Source: an uncultured Lachnospiraceae bacterium (GTDB lineage: Bacteria > Bacillota > Clostridia > Lachnospirales > Lachnospiraceae). Taken from it: 64,000 nucleotides of DNA. The stretch lies in assembly GCA_949132985.1 (NCBI GenBank), contig CASCGD010000003.1:1147-65146 (forward strand), written 5' to 3'. Position numbers and translations under genes: made by a program. Every line of letters starts with the position of its first letter. The stretch's first letter is position 1. A model generated the notes under the pieces. It worked only from the letters and a program-made list of their open reading frames with translations, was not told where the DNA came from and did not search any database. Shown one piece after another: positions 29,412 to 39,858 of this stretch.

Positions 29412-29597
29412 AAGCCGGCGAAAATCTGGTGGAAAACTTAAACCAGCTTATCATACAGATGATCGTAGAATATAACCAGCCGCTGGAATATCTTGAAAAC
29501 CTCCCGATCGGAAGACTGTTAAAACTGGCGGACGGCATCGCGGAGTATGTGAAAGCCAGGGAGGAATACAGAAGGAGCATGAAACGGGAGGGCTGAC

Positions 29598-32500
29598 ATG
29601 GGAAAAGCGCAGTATATGCTGGAGGTGAAGCTCGGGGCTTCCACAACGGCCAGCTATAACAGGAATATCAACCGGGCGCTGAAAAGCCTGGATGGGCTGG
29701 AATCGACGGCAAAGCATGTGGCGGCGGGAGCCGCCGCGGCTTTTGCCGCAGTCAATATCTCACAGCTCGCGGAGGATGCATTTGGCACCTATTCGAAATT
29801 TGAACAGGCGATGCGCAATACGGCAGCGATCTCAAATGCAACCACAGCAGAGTATGAGATGATGGAGCAGGCGGCGCGCGAGGCCGGAAGGGGAACGACG
29901 AAAACGGTCGCCGAGTCCGCCGAGGCTCTGGGCTATATGGCGCTGGCGGGATGGGATGCAAAGGAGTCCGTGGAAGGATTAATGCCGATCCTGAAGCTGT
30001 CCGAGGCAACAGGCGCGAAACTGAAAGAGACGAGCGATCTTGTCACGGACTCCATGAGTGCCTTCGGCCTTAGTGTCAGAGACATGGGGGTATATCTGGA
30101 TGAGCTTGTTGCCGGCAATAATAATTCCAACATGACAGCCGTCATGCTTATGGAAACGCTGATCGGGACAGGCGGTGCGGCAAGGTCGCTGGGGGCAAGC
30201 CTGGAGGATACGATCACGGCGGCCGGCGTGCTGGCAGACAACGGCACAAAAGCCGGGAAGGCCGGCACGGCGATGAACTCCATCCTGACGCGCCTGGCTG
30301 CAAACAGCAAGGCGAGGGACGCGCTGGAAGAGATCGGGGCGAGTGTTTTTGATGCGGAAGGGAATTTTGTCGGGCTCCGGGAAGCGATTATAGAGATCGA
30401 CAAGGCGCTTGCGGGAATGAGCACCGAGCAGCGGAGCGGTTATCTGAAGGATATCGCCGGAACGCATTACTACAGCCAGATGGAATACCTGCTTGCCAGC
30501 GTACGGGAAGGCGCGAACGGCGCGGCGAGCGCGTGGGACAAGCTGGAAAAGAAAATCGAAGACAGCGGCGGCGCGCTTGACCAGATGAACGCGACGGCGA
30601 CGGATACGATGTCGGCATCATGGGAGCGGATGAAATCCGCGGTAGACGATGCAAAGATCAGCCTTGTTGATGTGTTCGGCGGTGACGTGACGGATTTTCT
30701 CGACCATGCCGCGGCAAAGATCCCGGATATTACGGATCATGTGACGGATTTTGTATCGAACAACAAGGCGGAGATTTTCGATGCGCTTGAAACAGGAGGG
30801 GAACTGATCGGAAATGTCTGGAACATTGCGGAGGGATCCGTTACATGGCTTTTGGATCATGAAGGCGCGGTGGTGGGTGCGCTGACGTCGATCGGAACGG
30901 CGCTGTTCCTCAAAAAGGCTGTAAGTTCCGCCACGTCCATTGTGTCATTTCTCTCGGGGCTCACAACGCCCATGGGCGTGATTGCCGGACTGTCCGGAGC
31001 CGTGGGGGTGATTGCGGGCCTGGGTGCGGCGGTTGACCAGGCAAACGAGCGGGCGGGGCGCGCGAACCTGGACGAGCATTTCGGGGACATTTCGCTATCT
31101 CTGGAAGAGCTGCAGGACATAGCAGGCGAGATCGTGCATGGGAATGACCTAAATACAGTCGCGGAGATGCTGGATGCAGTCGGGGAATCCGAGAACGCTT
31201 TAAAGGGCGTAAACCGGGCTTTAAAGGAGCTTGAAAAAAGCTCGTGGAAGATCAGGGCGGGATTTTCTCTTGATGAGCAGGATTCCGAACAATATGTGAC
31301 AAAAGTAGATGAATATGTGCGCCAGGCACAGGAATACATCGACGCGAAGGGCTACGAGGTAACTGTAGGGGCCACACTTTTGTTTGGGGCGGATTCCGAG
31401 CGGACTGCGGAGGCATCGGAGTACGCGAACGAACTTAGTGAGCGGGCACAGGGATTCGGGAGATTTATACAGCAGCAGATCGTTGTTGCACTGCAGGATG
31501 ACGGGATCATTGACGAGGCCGAAGATGCGTTGATCCAGCATTACGCCCAGAGCATCGACAAGATTAAGACGGCGATCAGCGAAGGGCAGTCAGAAGCAAG
31601 GATGCAGGCGATCAAGGTGAAATACAGCGGGGCGGAGCTTGACGAGGAGGGATTCCTCCAACTGGCGGATGAAATCGGAAAGGCCACGGAAGAAAACCGG
31701 GACGCCGCGCTTGCCGCCTATGAGTCTACGATGGCAATTTATAATGCCAAGAAGCTGTCAGACCCATCCTACAAGACATATGACGAGGATGCGCGGGCGG
31801 CAGAGCTGGCTTTTTTTCAGCAGAACGCGGATGCGGTTACAAATGGAGCGTCCTATCTCTTAGAGAGCATCCAGTCGGCATACCCGGAGCTGGAAAGCGC
31901 GGTCGTGCAGGCACAGGGGAAACTTAGTGAAATACTGGAACAGGCTTTTGCCGGGGACGGGAAAGGAGGATTGCTGCGGGGAGACCCGGATGCCTGGGGG
32001 AACATCATAAGCAGCCTGTATGACGGAATGGTGGCTGACGATCCGGCGGTGCAGCATGCGCTGGAGATCATACTTTCGCAAACAGAGCCTATTCGGGACG
32101 GGCTGGAGCAGGCAGCCCGGGAGTGCGAAGAGGCCGGGGAGGAGATTCCGGAAGCAGTAAAGAGCGGATTACAAAAGCTGGATATGCTTGGCGCGCTTTC
32201 GGGAGACAAGGACTCGGCATGGACGTTATTCATGGATGCAGTTGCAGACAACGAGGAATACAGGAATGTAATAGAAACTGCAAAAGAGAATGGGGCGAAT
32301 ATCCCGGAGCAGATTTCCGAGTCGATTACCGGCAACCAGGTGAGTATTGAGAATGCGATTGATGGACTTTATGCTTACTCAAACCAGTACCTCGACCAGA
32401 TCTATTCCAGGGGTTTTGATGTGGATGCGGAAGTGCGCGTGAATTACAAGACCACAACCAAGAAGCCGCCGTCCATTTATGACGGTACAGGGAGCTATGT

Positions 32501-32891
32501 AAATCCAATTACAGCTACACCCCATGCAACGGGCGGAATCTTTTCCACACCTCATTTTGGCCTTCTGGCAGAGGATGGCCCCGAGGCTTATATTCCGCTG
32601 GACGGCTCAAAAAATGCGCTGTCCATATGGGAAAAGGCCGGCGCGATGCTCGGCGTCGGACAGCCAAAGGACGAGGCGCTTGTATCAGGCATTGCGGGCA
32701 GCGCAGGGATGGCGCGTGAAAATAGCGGAATCAACATACAGATTAATAACAGTCCACACATTATCATACAGGGAAACGCTTCGGAAAGCGACGTCCAGGC
32801 AGGCGTGGCCCTGGGCGCAGAGGATATTATCAATATCGTAAAGGAATATGTTGACGGACGGGCGCGGGTGAGCTTTTCGGGCGGCAGGTGA
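29598..32891 (+). CDS. Tape measure protein (TP901-type core)
   Basis: 1097 aa Ala/Gly-rich; YMALAGW; HATGGI...AEDGPEA.IPL. Confidence 0.95.
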   Translation: MGKAQYMLEVKLGASTTASYNRNINRALKSLDGLESTAKHVAAGAAAAFAAVNISQLAEDAFGTYSKFEQAMRNTAAISNATTAEYEMMEQAAREAGRGTTKTVAESAEALGYMALAGWDAKESVEGLMPILKLSEATGAKLKETSDLVTDSMSAFGLSVRDMGVYLDELVAGNNNSNMTAVMLMETLIGTGGAARSLGASLEDTITAAGVLADNGTKAGKAGTAMNSILTRLAANSKARDALEEIGASVFDAEGNFVGLREAIIEIDKALAGMSTEQRSGYLKDIAGTHYYSQMEYLLASVREGANGAASAWDKLEKKIEDSGGALDQMNATATDTMSASWERMKSAVDDAKISLVDVFGGDVTDFLDHAAAKIPDITDHVTDFVSNNKAEIFDALETGGELIGNVWNIAEGSVTWLLDHEGAVVGALTSIGTALFLKKAVSSATSIVSFLSGLTTPMGVIAGLSGAVGVIAGLGAAVDQANERAGRANLDEHFGDISLSLEELQDIAGEIVHGNDLNTVAEMLDAVGESENALKGVNRALKELEKSSWKIRAGFSLDEQDSEQYVTKVDEYVRQAQEYIDAKGYEVTVGATLLFGADSERTAEASEYANELSERAQGFGRFIQQQIVVALQDDGIIDEAEDALIQHYAQSIDKIKTAISEGQSEARMQAIKVKYSGAELDEEGFLQLADEIGKATEENRDAALAAYESTMAIYNAKKLSDPSYKTYDEDARAAELAFFQQNADAVTNGASYLLESIQSAYPELESAVVQAQGKLSEILEQAFAGDGKGGLLRGDPDAWGNIISSLYDGMVADDPAVQHALEIILSQTEPIRDGLEQAARECEEAGEEIPEAVKSGLQKLDMLGALSGDKDSAWTLFMDAVADNEEYRNVIETAKENGANIPEQISESITGNQVSIENAIDGLYAYSNQYLDQIYSRGFDVDAEVRVNYKTTTKKPPSIYDGTGSYVNPITATPHATGGIFSTPHFGLLAEDGPEAYIPLDGSKNALSIWEKAGAMLGVGQPKDEALVSGIAGSAGMARENSGINIQINNSPHIIIQGNASESDVQAGVALGAEDIINIVKEYVDGRARVSFSGGR

Positions 32892-32894
32892 TTT

Positions 32895-33116
32895 ATGGGA
32901 GGATACTATTACACAACAAAATCCGGCGATATGTGGGATTATATCGCATGGAAGGTATATGGAGCAGAACGTTTTGTAGAAGCATTATTTTTGGCGAAGG
33001 AAAACCGCGAGTTATTGTATATTTATATATTTTCGGCGGGCGTAAAAGTGTGGTGCCCGTACGTGGAAGAGGAGGACGCGGATGACGAAGTGCCGGACTG
33101 GAGGAATGAAGGATGA
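32895..33116 (+). CDS. Tail protein X (LysM-like)
   Basis: YTTKSGDMWD.IA.KVYG...N...IFSAG...P. Confidence 0.85.
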   Translation: MGGYYYTTKSGDMWDYIAWKVYGAERFVEALFLAKENRELLYIYIFSAGVKVWCPYVEEEDADDEVPDWRNEG

Positions 33117-34126
33117 GCCTTGCCATGAGGTCGAAGATTGTGCTGCATTATAATCACGTAGAAGTGCCGGAGAGTGTTACTGACGACTGCGAGGGATTTA
33201 CATTTGAGGACAATGCATCAGGGAATGCGGATTCCATTGCACTCACGCTGTCGAACCGTTCCGGAAGGTGGTTCCGGAAGTTCCACCCGAAGGAAAGCGA
33301 TTTTATAAAAGCCTGGATTGCGGTTGAAAACTGGGAGCAGGGAAAGGAAAATGCAAAATTATATTGCGGAAAGTTTGCTGTTGATGAGCTGGCTTTCTCC
33401 GGATTCCCGGAGCGGGTACAGGTTAAGGGGATATCCATGCCGATCAAAGGGAAATTTAACGTAACTGAACGCAACCGGACATGGAAGAAAACGACGACGA
33501 AGCAGATTCTTTCGGATATTGCAAAGGATGCGGGGATAAAGCTTGTCTATGAGGCAGAAGTACATACGATAGACGAGACTTCCCAGAGCGGCAGTACGGA
33601 CATGGAATTTGCTTTCAGTGTGTGCTCCGATTATGACATAGCGTTGAAGCTTTATGACGATAAGATGATCGCGTATGACAAGACGGCATATGAAAAAAAG
33701 AAGGCAGCCTATACGATCAAAAAATCGCAGCTCGGGGGAAGCGGCGCGTATTCCGTCAAGGAGCAGATTCGGACCCTGTATGACAGCGTAAAAATACAAT
33801 ATGCAAAAGACGGAAAAACGGTCACGTATGAGTATACCATTCCCGGAAAGAAGGGCACGCGCAGGATGTTTCTATCGGAGAAAGCGGAGTCCATAAAGGA
33901 TGCCGAGCTAAAGGCGAAAGCGCGACTGAGGGAAAATCTGCGGGAAAGCAAATCGTTGAGCCTGGCATTGACCGGGAATGTCCGGTACCGGGCGGCTGAA
34001 AATTTTATGCTGGAGGGCTTCGGGAAGCTGGACGGAAAATATTTTATTGATTATGTGTGCCACAGCAAATCAAACGGGAAATATACAAGCAGGATCATCG
34101 CACATCCGGTCGTGACGCATTTTTAA
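33113..34126 (+). CDS. Baseplate hub (P2 gpD-like)
   Basis: DNASG.ADSI, CGKF.VD, GFGKLDGKY. Confidence 0.88.
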   Translation: MSLAMRSKIVLHYNHVEVPESVTDDCEGFTFEDNASGNADSIALTLSNRSGRWFRKFHPKESDFIKAWIAVENWEQGKENAKLYCGKFAVDELAFSGFPERVQVKGISMPIKGKFNVTERNRTWKKTTTKQILSDIAKDAGIKLVYEAEVHTIDETSQSGSTDMEFAFSVCSDYDIALKLYDDKMIAYDKTAYEKKKAAYTIKKSQLGGSGAYSVKEQIRTLYDSVKIQYAKDGKTVTYEYTIPGKKGTRRMFLSEKAESIKDAELKAKARLRENLRESKSLSLALTGNVRYRAAENFMLEGFGKLDGKYFIDYVCHSKSNGKYTSRIIAHPVVTHF

Positions 34127-34168
34127 AACACGAAGCGGCGCGTGCCCATCATGGAAAGGAGGACAGGC

Positions 34169-34561
34169 TTGGCAGGAATTTTTTTATGTGAGGTGTCTGC
34201 GGCCCATGCAAAAGAGGGGACGGTTGATGTGAAAGTCGCCGACCGGGATGGCATGATAAAGACGGATGTGCCGATGCTTGATACGGTATATGAGATGCCG
34301 GAGGTCGGGGAAGTGCTGGCGGTATTGTTCGAGGAACGGAGCGGGGCGCTGCAGCGAGGGCTTGTGCTCGGGCACCCGTACTCTGCGGGGAACCGTCCGG
34401 AGCAGAGCGGGGAGCAGATTTTCTGCAAAACATTCCGCGACGGGGCATTTGTGAAATATGATGCGGCAACTAAGACGATGGATGTGAGTGCTGAAAGAAT
34501 TTGCGTGAAGCATCTGGCCGCAGAGCACATCGTATACAGAACCGCATGTGAAAAGGAATAA
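34169..34561 (+). CDS. Baseplate spike (gpV-like)
   Basis: AAAGGAGG then TTG; MPEVGEV...GLVLG..Y...N.P. Confidence 0.8.
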   Translation: MAGIFLCEVSAAHAKEGTVDVKVADRDGMIKTDVPMLDTVYEMPEVGEVLAVLFEERSGALQRGLVLGHPYSAGNRPEQSGEQIFCKTFRDGAFVKYDAATKTMDVSAERICVKHLAAEHIVYRTACEKE

Positions 34562-34563
34562 TC

Positions 34564-35238
34564 ATGGGAAAAGTCGGAAGCCTTGGGGGAATCCAGTTTT
34601 ATGTAAAGAGTGTAGACGGAAAAAATAAAATATTGAGCTTCCAGAATATGTCGAGGGAATCGTCAGCAAAGTACGAAGAGCATCCGGTCACGGGCAAAAA
34701 GGCATATCTGGAATTTATTGCCCCGGAGCCGCATCAGATCACGCTGACGATCGTGGCGAGCAAACAGTTCGGCGTAGCGCCGAGAACCCTGCAGGAAAAG
34801 CTTCACACATATGAAGAGGAGGGCAGGGTATGCACCTTTATGCTCGGGGGCAAGAAGGTCGGGCATTTTAAGTGGGTGATTGTCAGTACGTCAGATGTTT
34901 ATACCAAGATTACTGTCGGCGGCAGGGTTATGCAGATGAGTTTTACGCTGACATTAAAGGAATACAGGTATAAACGAAAGAAAAGCGCGACGTACACATC
35001 TCCCGTGAAGCCAGGGGGAAGCACCAAAAACAGCGCGAAAGGCGGTACAAAGAAATACGAGCCAAAGGTTAAAAGCTATGAAACGTATACGGTTAAAAAA
35101 GGAGATACGTTATGGCGCATCGCGAAAAAGTATTATGGGAATGGGGCGAAATATATAAAGATATATAATGCAAATAAGAATATTATCAAAAATCCGAATA
35201 AATTGACAATCGGGTGGAAGATAAAAATACCGAAATAG
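34564..35238 (+). CDS. Tail tube initiator (gpU-like) with C-terminal LysM
   Basis: GSLGGI.F...LTLKEY; YTVKKGDTLWRIAKKYYG. Confidence 0.88.
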   Translation: MGKVGSLGGIQFYVKSVDGKNKILSFQNMSRESSAKYEEHPVTGKKAYLEFIAPEPHQITLTIVASKQFGVAPRTLQEKLHTYEEEGRVCTFMLGGKKVGHFKWVIVSTSDVYTKITVGGRVMQMSFTLTLKEYRYKRKKSATYTSPVKPGGSTKNSAKGGTKKYEPKVKSYETYTVKKGDTLWRIAKKYYGNGAKYIKIYNANKNIIKNPNKLTIGWKIKIPK

Positions 35239-35249
35239 GAGATGCCTGG

Positions 35250-35552
35250 ATGGAAGTTGTATATGATAGAGGCTACATGCGCGAAGCTATGTCGGAGGCG
35301 GAACAGAAAAGTATTTCTTCCTGCGTCAACACGATTGCGTCCACTGCATATGGAACCGTGCCGTATGCACGGGAAATGGGGCTGAAACAGATATTGCCGC
35401 GGAATAATTCTGAAATGGCAAAGAATGAATATGCGACAGAGCTCGTGGATGCTGTTGAGAGCTGGGAGGAGCGGGTGGGTGTAAAAGAAGTTATATTTGA
35501 GGAGAATTGTGAAGTGAAGGTGGTGGTTGAATATGGCGGGCAGCTCGATTGA
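35250..35552 (+). CDS. Baseplate wedge gp25/gpW-like
   Basis: T..GTVPY.REMG...WE.R. Confidence 0.8.
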   Translation: MEVVYDRGYMREAMSEAEQKSISSCVNTIASTAYGTVPYAREMGLKQILPRNNSEMAKNEYATELVDAVESWEERVGVKEVIFEENCEVKVVVEYGGQLD

Positions 35553-36687
35553 AAATTTGCCGGAGATATCGATTTTAGATGATGAAGGAATCACTCTCGA
35601 ATCAATACAAAACGAGATGATCTCTGACTATGAACAGCGATATCAAGAGATAACCGGGCAGGAAATCGCATTGCATCCGGCAGACGAAGACCGGATTAAA
35701 CTCATGGTGGTAGCGGGAATGTATTATCAACTATGCGTTATCATGAATGAAAATTATAAAATGAACTTTTTGCCAAACATGTATGGCGACAGGTTGAAAA
35801 ACTGGGCGGCAAATTTTGGATTTGTGGAAGATGGCGTAAGGCGGGCGACGGTGACCTTGCGCTTTTTTGCATCTAAAATACAGGAGTTTGCTATAGGGAT
35901 ACCGCAGGGGACACGGGCGACTGCCGGAGACAGTATTTTTTTTGCTACAGATGAATATGCGGAAATACTGCCGGGCGAAGAGTACGTGGATGTGCCCGCT
36001 ACATGCACGCAGGATGGAAAGGCCGGAAATGAGTATCAGGCCGGGAAGATAGAAATACTCGTCGATCCGGTAAATATGATACGTGGAGTAGTCAATGTTT
36101 CTGACAGCGACGGCGGCCATGATGCGTACACAGACGATGAGTTAAGAGAGCTGGTATTAAATTTCCCGTCTACGTATTCGACCGCAGGCCCGGAAGAAGG
36201 GTATATACAGCTTGTCAGGCAATGCAGCGACCGGATTGTAAGCGTGAGGAAAATTGAAGCGGAAGAAGCGGTCGTCAGGATGTGCATTATGTGCGAAGGA
36301 GGAAAGATCCCGGATGAAGATTATTGCGAACAGATATTGCAGCGCATCAAGGCTTTAAAGTGCACGCCGGATACGGACAAAGTTGAAATTGTCGCTCCCG
36401 AGGTTATCGAGTACGAACTGGATATAACCTACTATATTTCCGAGGATAAGAAGGATATTGCAGAGTCTATTAAAACGGGCGTCGGGGAGGCTGTGGTATC
36501 TTTTACCGAATTTACGCAGGAAAATATAGGGCATGATATAAATCCGGATATCTTGACGGCGTATACAAGTGCGGCAGGGGCAAGACGGATTGTAATTCAT
36601 GCGCCGGAATACACCGTCATCAGGGAAAACCAGATTGCGATATGTAAATTAGTAGATGTGAAATACGGAGGGCTGGAGCAGGACTGA
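35533..36687 (+). CDS. Baseplate J-like protein
   Basis: IPQGTR, G..GN, GG.D..TD.ELR, STAGP. Confidence 0.92.
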   Translation: MAGSSIENLPEISILDDEGITLESIQNEMISDYEQRYQEITGQEIALHPADEDRIKLMVVAGMYYQLCVIMNENYKMNFLPNMYGDRLKNWAANFGFVEDGVRRATVTLRFFASKIQEFAIGIPQGTRATAGDSIFFATDEYAEILPGEEYVDVPATCTQDGKAGNEYQAGKIEILVDPVNMIRGVVNVSDSDGGHDAYTDDELRELVLNFPSTYSTAGPEEGYIQLVRQCSDRIVSVRKIEAEEAVVRMCIMCEGGKIPDEDYCEQILQRIKALKCTPDTDKVEIVAPEVIEYELDITYYISEDKKDIAESIKTGVGEAVVSFTEFTQENIGHDINPDILTAYTSAAGARRIVIHAPEYTVIRENQIAICKLVDVKYGGLEQD

Positions 36688-36688
36688 T

Positions 36689-37363
36689 ATGTATGATATT
36701 GGAGATGCAGGAGGGTTGTATGCTTCCATGCCGTCGAATATGCAGGATGAAAAAACAGATGCATTTTGTTTTGCAGTCGAACGTCAGGCGGGACGGATCA
36801 GAAATCTATTGCAAAAATTGAACGTGTGGAGCGATCTGGACCATGTAAAGCCAGGCCATTATGATTATGTTGCGGCATGTCTGAGGGCGCTTTATTACAG
36901 ATCAGATTTGCCGGATCATCAAAAACTGGCCGCAATTAAAAGTGCGATGATGACATACCGTTACGCTGGAAGCATGCGAGCAATCGAGGAGCTTTTAAAT
37001 AATGTTTTTTCGGAAGCGGAATTTATACCATGGTACGAATATGGCGGGAAGCCCTTCTGTTTTAAGGTCAAAACAAATGAGACATTGACAGAGAATAACA
37101 CGTCGTATTTTCTCAACATGATCAACAAAGTAAAAAGTGCGCGGGATAAGGTGGAGATAATAGAAGTCACCCGGATTACCCACCGCCCGATACACTCCGG
37201 AACCGGAGGGATTACGCACAGTAAATGTGTGATTTTGGATCATTTTAATGAGAAAAGAAGTACGCATGTCAGGCAGGGTGTCGGAATGGAGGCACAGAGA
37301 ATCCAAAGAAGCGCGATTGTGGCTGAGGATCTTTCTTCTCAAGTAGACACAAAAAATAGGTAA
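36689..37363 (+). CDS. Baseplate wedge / tail protein I
   Basis: PWYEYGGKPF.F...N.VKSAR. Confidence 0.85.
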   Translation: MYDIGDAGGLYASMPSNMQDEKTDAFCFAVERQAGRIRNLLQKLNVWSDLDHVKPGHYDYVAACLRALYYRSDLPDHQKLAAIKSAMMTYRYAGSMRAIEELLNNVFSEAEFIPWYEYGGKPFCFKVKTNETLTENNTSYFLNMINKVKSARDKVEIIEVTRITHRPIHSGTGGITHSKCVILDHFNEKRSTHVRQGVGMEAQRIQRSAIVAEDLSSQVDTKNR

Positions 37364-37381
37364 AGGGGGAATGGAAATAAC

Positions 37382-38155
37382 ATGGCAGATTTTAATAATG
37401 CTATCATGACAGACAGCGGCGCGGCACTTTTGGCAAAAGACACTGCCGGTGTCGCTCGAATTAAATTTACCAAGCTGGTAACCGGTTCAGGAGTTTACGC
37501 AGAATCTGAAAAAGCAAGGGAGAATTTACAGTCTTGTACGGGCCTGAAAGAACCAAAGCAGGAGATCCCTTTTTCTTCTATTTCAATGGAAACCGATACA
37601 TGTGTAAAACTTGTTGCGCTTATTTCGAATGCAGAACTTACGACCGGGTATTATGTAAATGAAGTTGGTGTATATGCAGTTGATGAGATGAACGAAGACG
37701 CGGAGCCGGTGCTTTATTCCATCGCGGTTGCAAATATAGCGGATTATTTGCCGCCATATAACGGATTGGTGACATCTACAATCACGCAGGAATATTTTGC
37801 GACGGTAGATAATGCGCTTGAAGTCACAATCCAGACAAACGCCGGGGCCGTGGCTCTTGCGGAAGATTTAGAAGCACTGAAGCAGGAAGTTGACGGGAAA
37901 CAGGATGCAGTTAAGGGGAAAGGGCTGTCAACAGAGGATTATACAACAGACGAAAAACAGAAGCTCGCCGGGATCGATAAAGGTGCAAATAAAACAATTA
38001 TAGACACAGAACTGTCCCCGGAATCCGAAAACCCCGTACAAAACAAGGCAGTGGACGCCGCCATCAAGTCCCTTGGTGCAGCTGTTATTATCAGTGACAC
38101 CGCCCCAGACCGCACAGAAAATGTATTATGGGTAAAACCGGGAGGTAGCACATGA
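37382..38155 (+). CDS. Tail fibre base/stem protein with no apparent receptor-binding domain
   Basis: P2 gpH-like N-terminus (T..G..L.AK, NEVGVYA); GKGLSTEDYT.DEK.KL; ends ISDTAP...VLWVKP. Confidence 0.85.
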   Translation: MADFNNAIMTDSGAALLAKDTAGVARIKFTKLVTGSGVYAESEKARENLQSCTGLKEPKQEIPFSSISMETDTCVKLVALISNAELTTGYYVNEVGVYAVDEMNEDAEPVLYSIAVANIADYLPPYNGLVTSTITQEYFATVDNALEVTIQTNAGAVALAEDLEALKQEVDGKQDAVKGKGLSTEDYTTDEKQKLAGIDKGANKTIIDTELSPESENPVQNKAVDAAIKSLGAAVIISDTAPDRTENVLWVKPGGST

Positions 38156-39039
38156 GCATATTAATACCAAGCACAGAGCCGGGGGTATTGCAGGATGCGG
38201 AGACACTCAAGACGTATAATCCTGATATCGCGGCTTATGAGGAGTGCGATAGCGCGCTGATACCAGCAGATGGTGTTTGGCAGGAGGTATGGCCGGAGCA
38301 CCGGCAGGAGGTACATTATCTGATGCTCTATGACCGGGGCAATGAATGTATGGATGTCACTGGCGGATGGGAATATGTGCAAGAAGCCGGAATGCATAAC
38401 GCAGCATATATAGGCGAAGGAATTTGGCGTACAAAGCGAGAGATTGATTTTTCGGCCTATCCGAAAGGGATGGCGAACAGGCAGGCGCGCTTTATCTCTG
38501 GGTCAAGTCCTCGCAATTACACCTATATTTTCTCGCATGGCTCCTACCTGGAACCCGTGAACAAAAATAGCTATAAGGGATTTGTGTCATTTGACACAGA
38601 ATCCCCGACCAATTTTGTGCCATATATCTATGTATATAGCAATACTTATTATCCAACTACGAACAGAGGAGAAAGAAGGAGCGATTGTTTGTATATCTAT
38701 CATAATTACACCAGCTATTCGGAAACGGAAGAATATGTATATAGCCTTTGGGTGTATCAAGACGACGATTGGCAGACGTGGCTATCAAAGGCAGGGCTGG
38801 ACGCCGCATCTTATGACACACTCGATAGCGTGATGCAGGATGCGGCAGCTCTTGGCGTGCTGCTTGCATCAAGGCAAGCGGTGTCTTACATGATCTACCA
38901 GTGCACCGGTAGTGTTATGGTATCGGCTATCCAGTCAAAGGCATTTTTGGCGGCGCTGGAGGGTAGCCCATATAAGGACAAGATATATGCAAACGAGCAT
39001 TGGGACAAATTTTTGACGATGGTCGGGGTAGAGTTGTAA
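38152..39039 (+). CDS. Tail-tip protein 0 (no leader; ATGA-coupled to the stem gene)
   Basis: Shared N-module ending WQEVWP; LYDRGNECMDVTGGW. Confidence 0.75.
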   Translation: MSILIPSTEPGVLQDAETLKTYNPDIAAYEECDSALIPADGVWQEVWPEHRQEVHYLMLYDRGNECMDVTGGWEYVQEAGMHNAAYIGEGIWRTKREIDFSAYPKGMANRQARFISGSSPRNYTYIFSHGSYLEPVNKNSYKGFVSFDTESPTNFVPYIYVYSNTYYPTTNRGERRSDCLYIYHNYTSYSETEEYVYSLWVYQDDDWQTWLSKAGLDAASYDTLDSVMQDAAALGVLLASRQAVSYMIYQCTGSVMVSAIQSKAFLAALEGSPYKDKIYANEHWDKFLTMVGVEL

Positions 39040-39050
39040 GGAGGAATTAT

Positions 39051-39080
39051 ATGTGTAAGGTTTTTAAGGGGGGGGGGTAA
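39051..39080 (+). promoter_or_regulatory. Leader ORF 1 (MCKVFKGGG*) with G10 tract at 39068-39077
   Basis: AAGGAGG RBS, ATG 39051, TAA directly after the tract. Confidence 0.8.
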
Positions 39081-39107
39081 AACCCCGCGCAGCGCCGCAG
39101 GTGGCGT

Positions 39108-39752
39108 ATGGCAGTAATGGTATGGGACAGCAACAGCCAGGCGTTTGCAGATGCAGAGCCGCCGCTTGCCTATAATCAGCAGCTTGACGCATGGCAGGAG
39201 ACAGAGGGCAATCTGTACAATCCTGGCATTGAGGCGTGGGAAAAGGTGTGGCCAGCAGATGTAAAAGTATATATGGATGCAACCCTTGGATGGCCGCTGG
39301 CAGATGGGCAGACGCTTGGGGCAGACGGATTTGCCCGTCAGAATGCAGACGGGTCGTATACGATCCGGGCGCAGGACGACTCACATACGGTAGTCGGGTG
39401 TAAGGGCATCACATTTGAGCCGCCACAGGGACGCTCTAAGATACACATGACGCTTGACAGTTATAGCCGGAACAATGTCGGGGGCACAAATAACTATGTT
39501 GCTGTCTATGTTGTTGCAAGTAATGTATTAGAGCAAGCCTCGATAGACGCGGCGCAGATCGTATTTAATTCTGTCGCAAAAGGAACTGGCCGTGGCGACG
39601 AAACCGAGCCGGTAGAGATAGGGAAGGATACTGTTATTGATATCAGCCAATACAAATCGTACAGATATTTTTGTATCGGCACATCAACTGGTAGTGGGGG
39701 ATGGTCTACGGGCTGGACGGAGATCACGGTTAGCAATATATATTTTGAGTAA
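39108..39752 (+). CDS. Variable tail-tip protein 1
   Basis: Shared ~48-aa N-module ending AWEKVWP; divergent beta-rich C-domain. Confidence 0.8.
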   Translation: MAVMVWDSNSQAFADAEPPLAYNQQLDAWQETEGNLYNPGIEAWEKVWPADVKVYMDATLGWPLADGQTLGADGFARQNADGSYTIRAQDDSHTVVGCKGITFEPPQGRSKIHMTLDSYSRNNVGGTNNYVAVYVVASNVLEQASIDAAQIVFNSVAKGTGRGDETEPVEIGKDTVIDISQYKSYRYFCIGTSTGSGGWSTGWTEITVSNIYFE

Positions 39753-39765
39753 AGGAGGGAAATAT

Positions 39766-39858
39766 ATGTGTAAAATCAGATCGGGGGGGGTAAAACCTCG
39801 CGCGGCGCCGCAGGTGCGGTATGCCGTTAGTATGGAACAATCGGCTGCAGGCCTTTGA
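39766..39858 (+). promoter_or_regulatory. Leader ORF 2 (MCKIRSGGVKP...) with G8 tract at 39783-39790
   Basis: AAAGGAGG RBS; overlaps the tip ATG out of frame. Confidence 0.8.

Noticed and set aside
39051-39110. Poly-G tract restoring a leader-tip fusion protein, or T4 gene 60-style ribosomal hopping
   Set aside because: The TAA after the tract is in frame with the tip ATG in all five copies, so fusion is impossible; no in-frame Gly landing codon was found in copy 1
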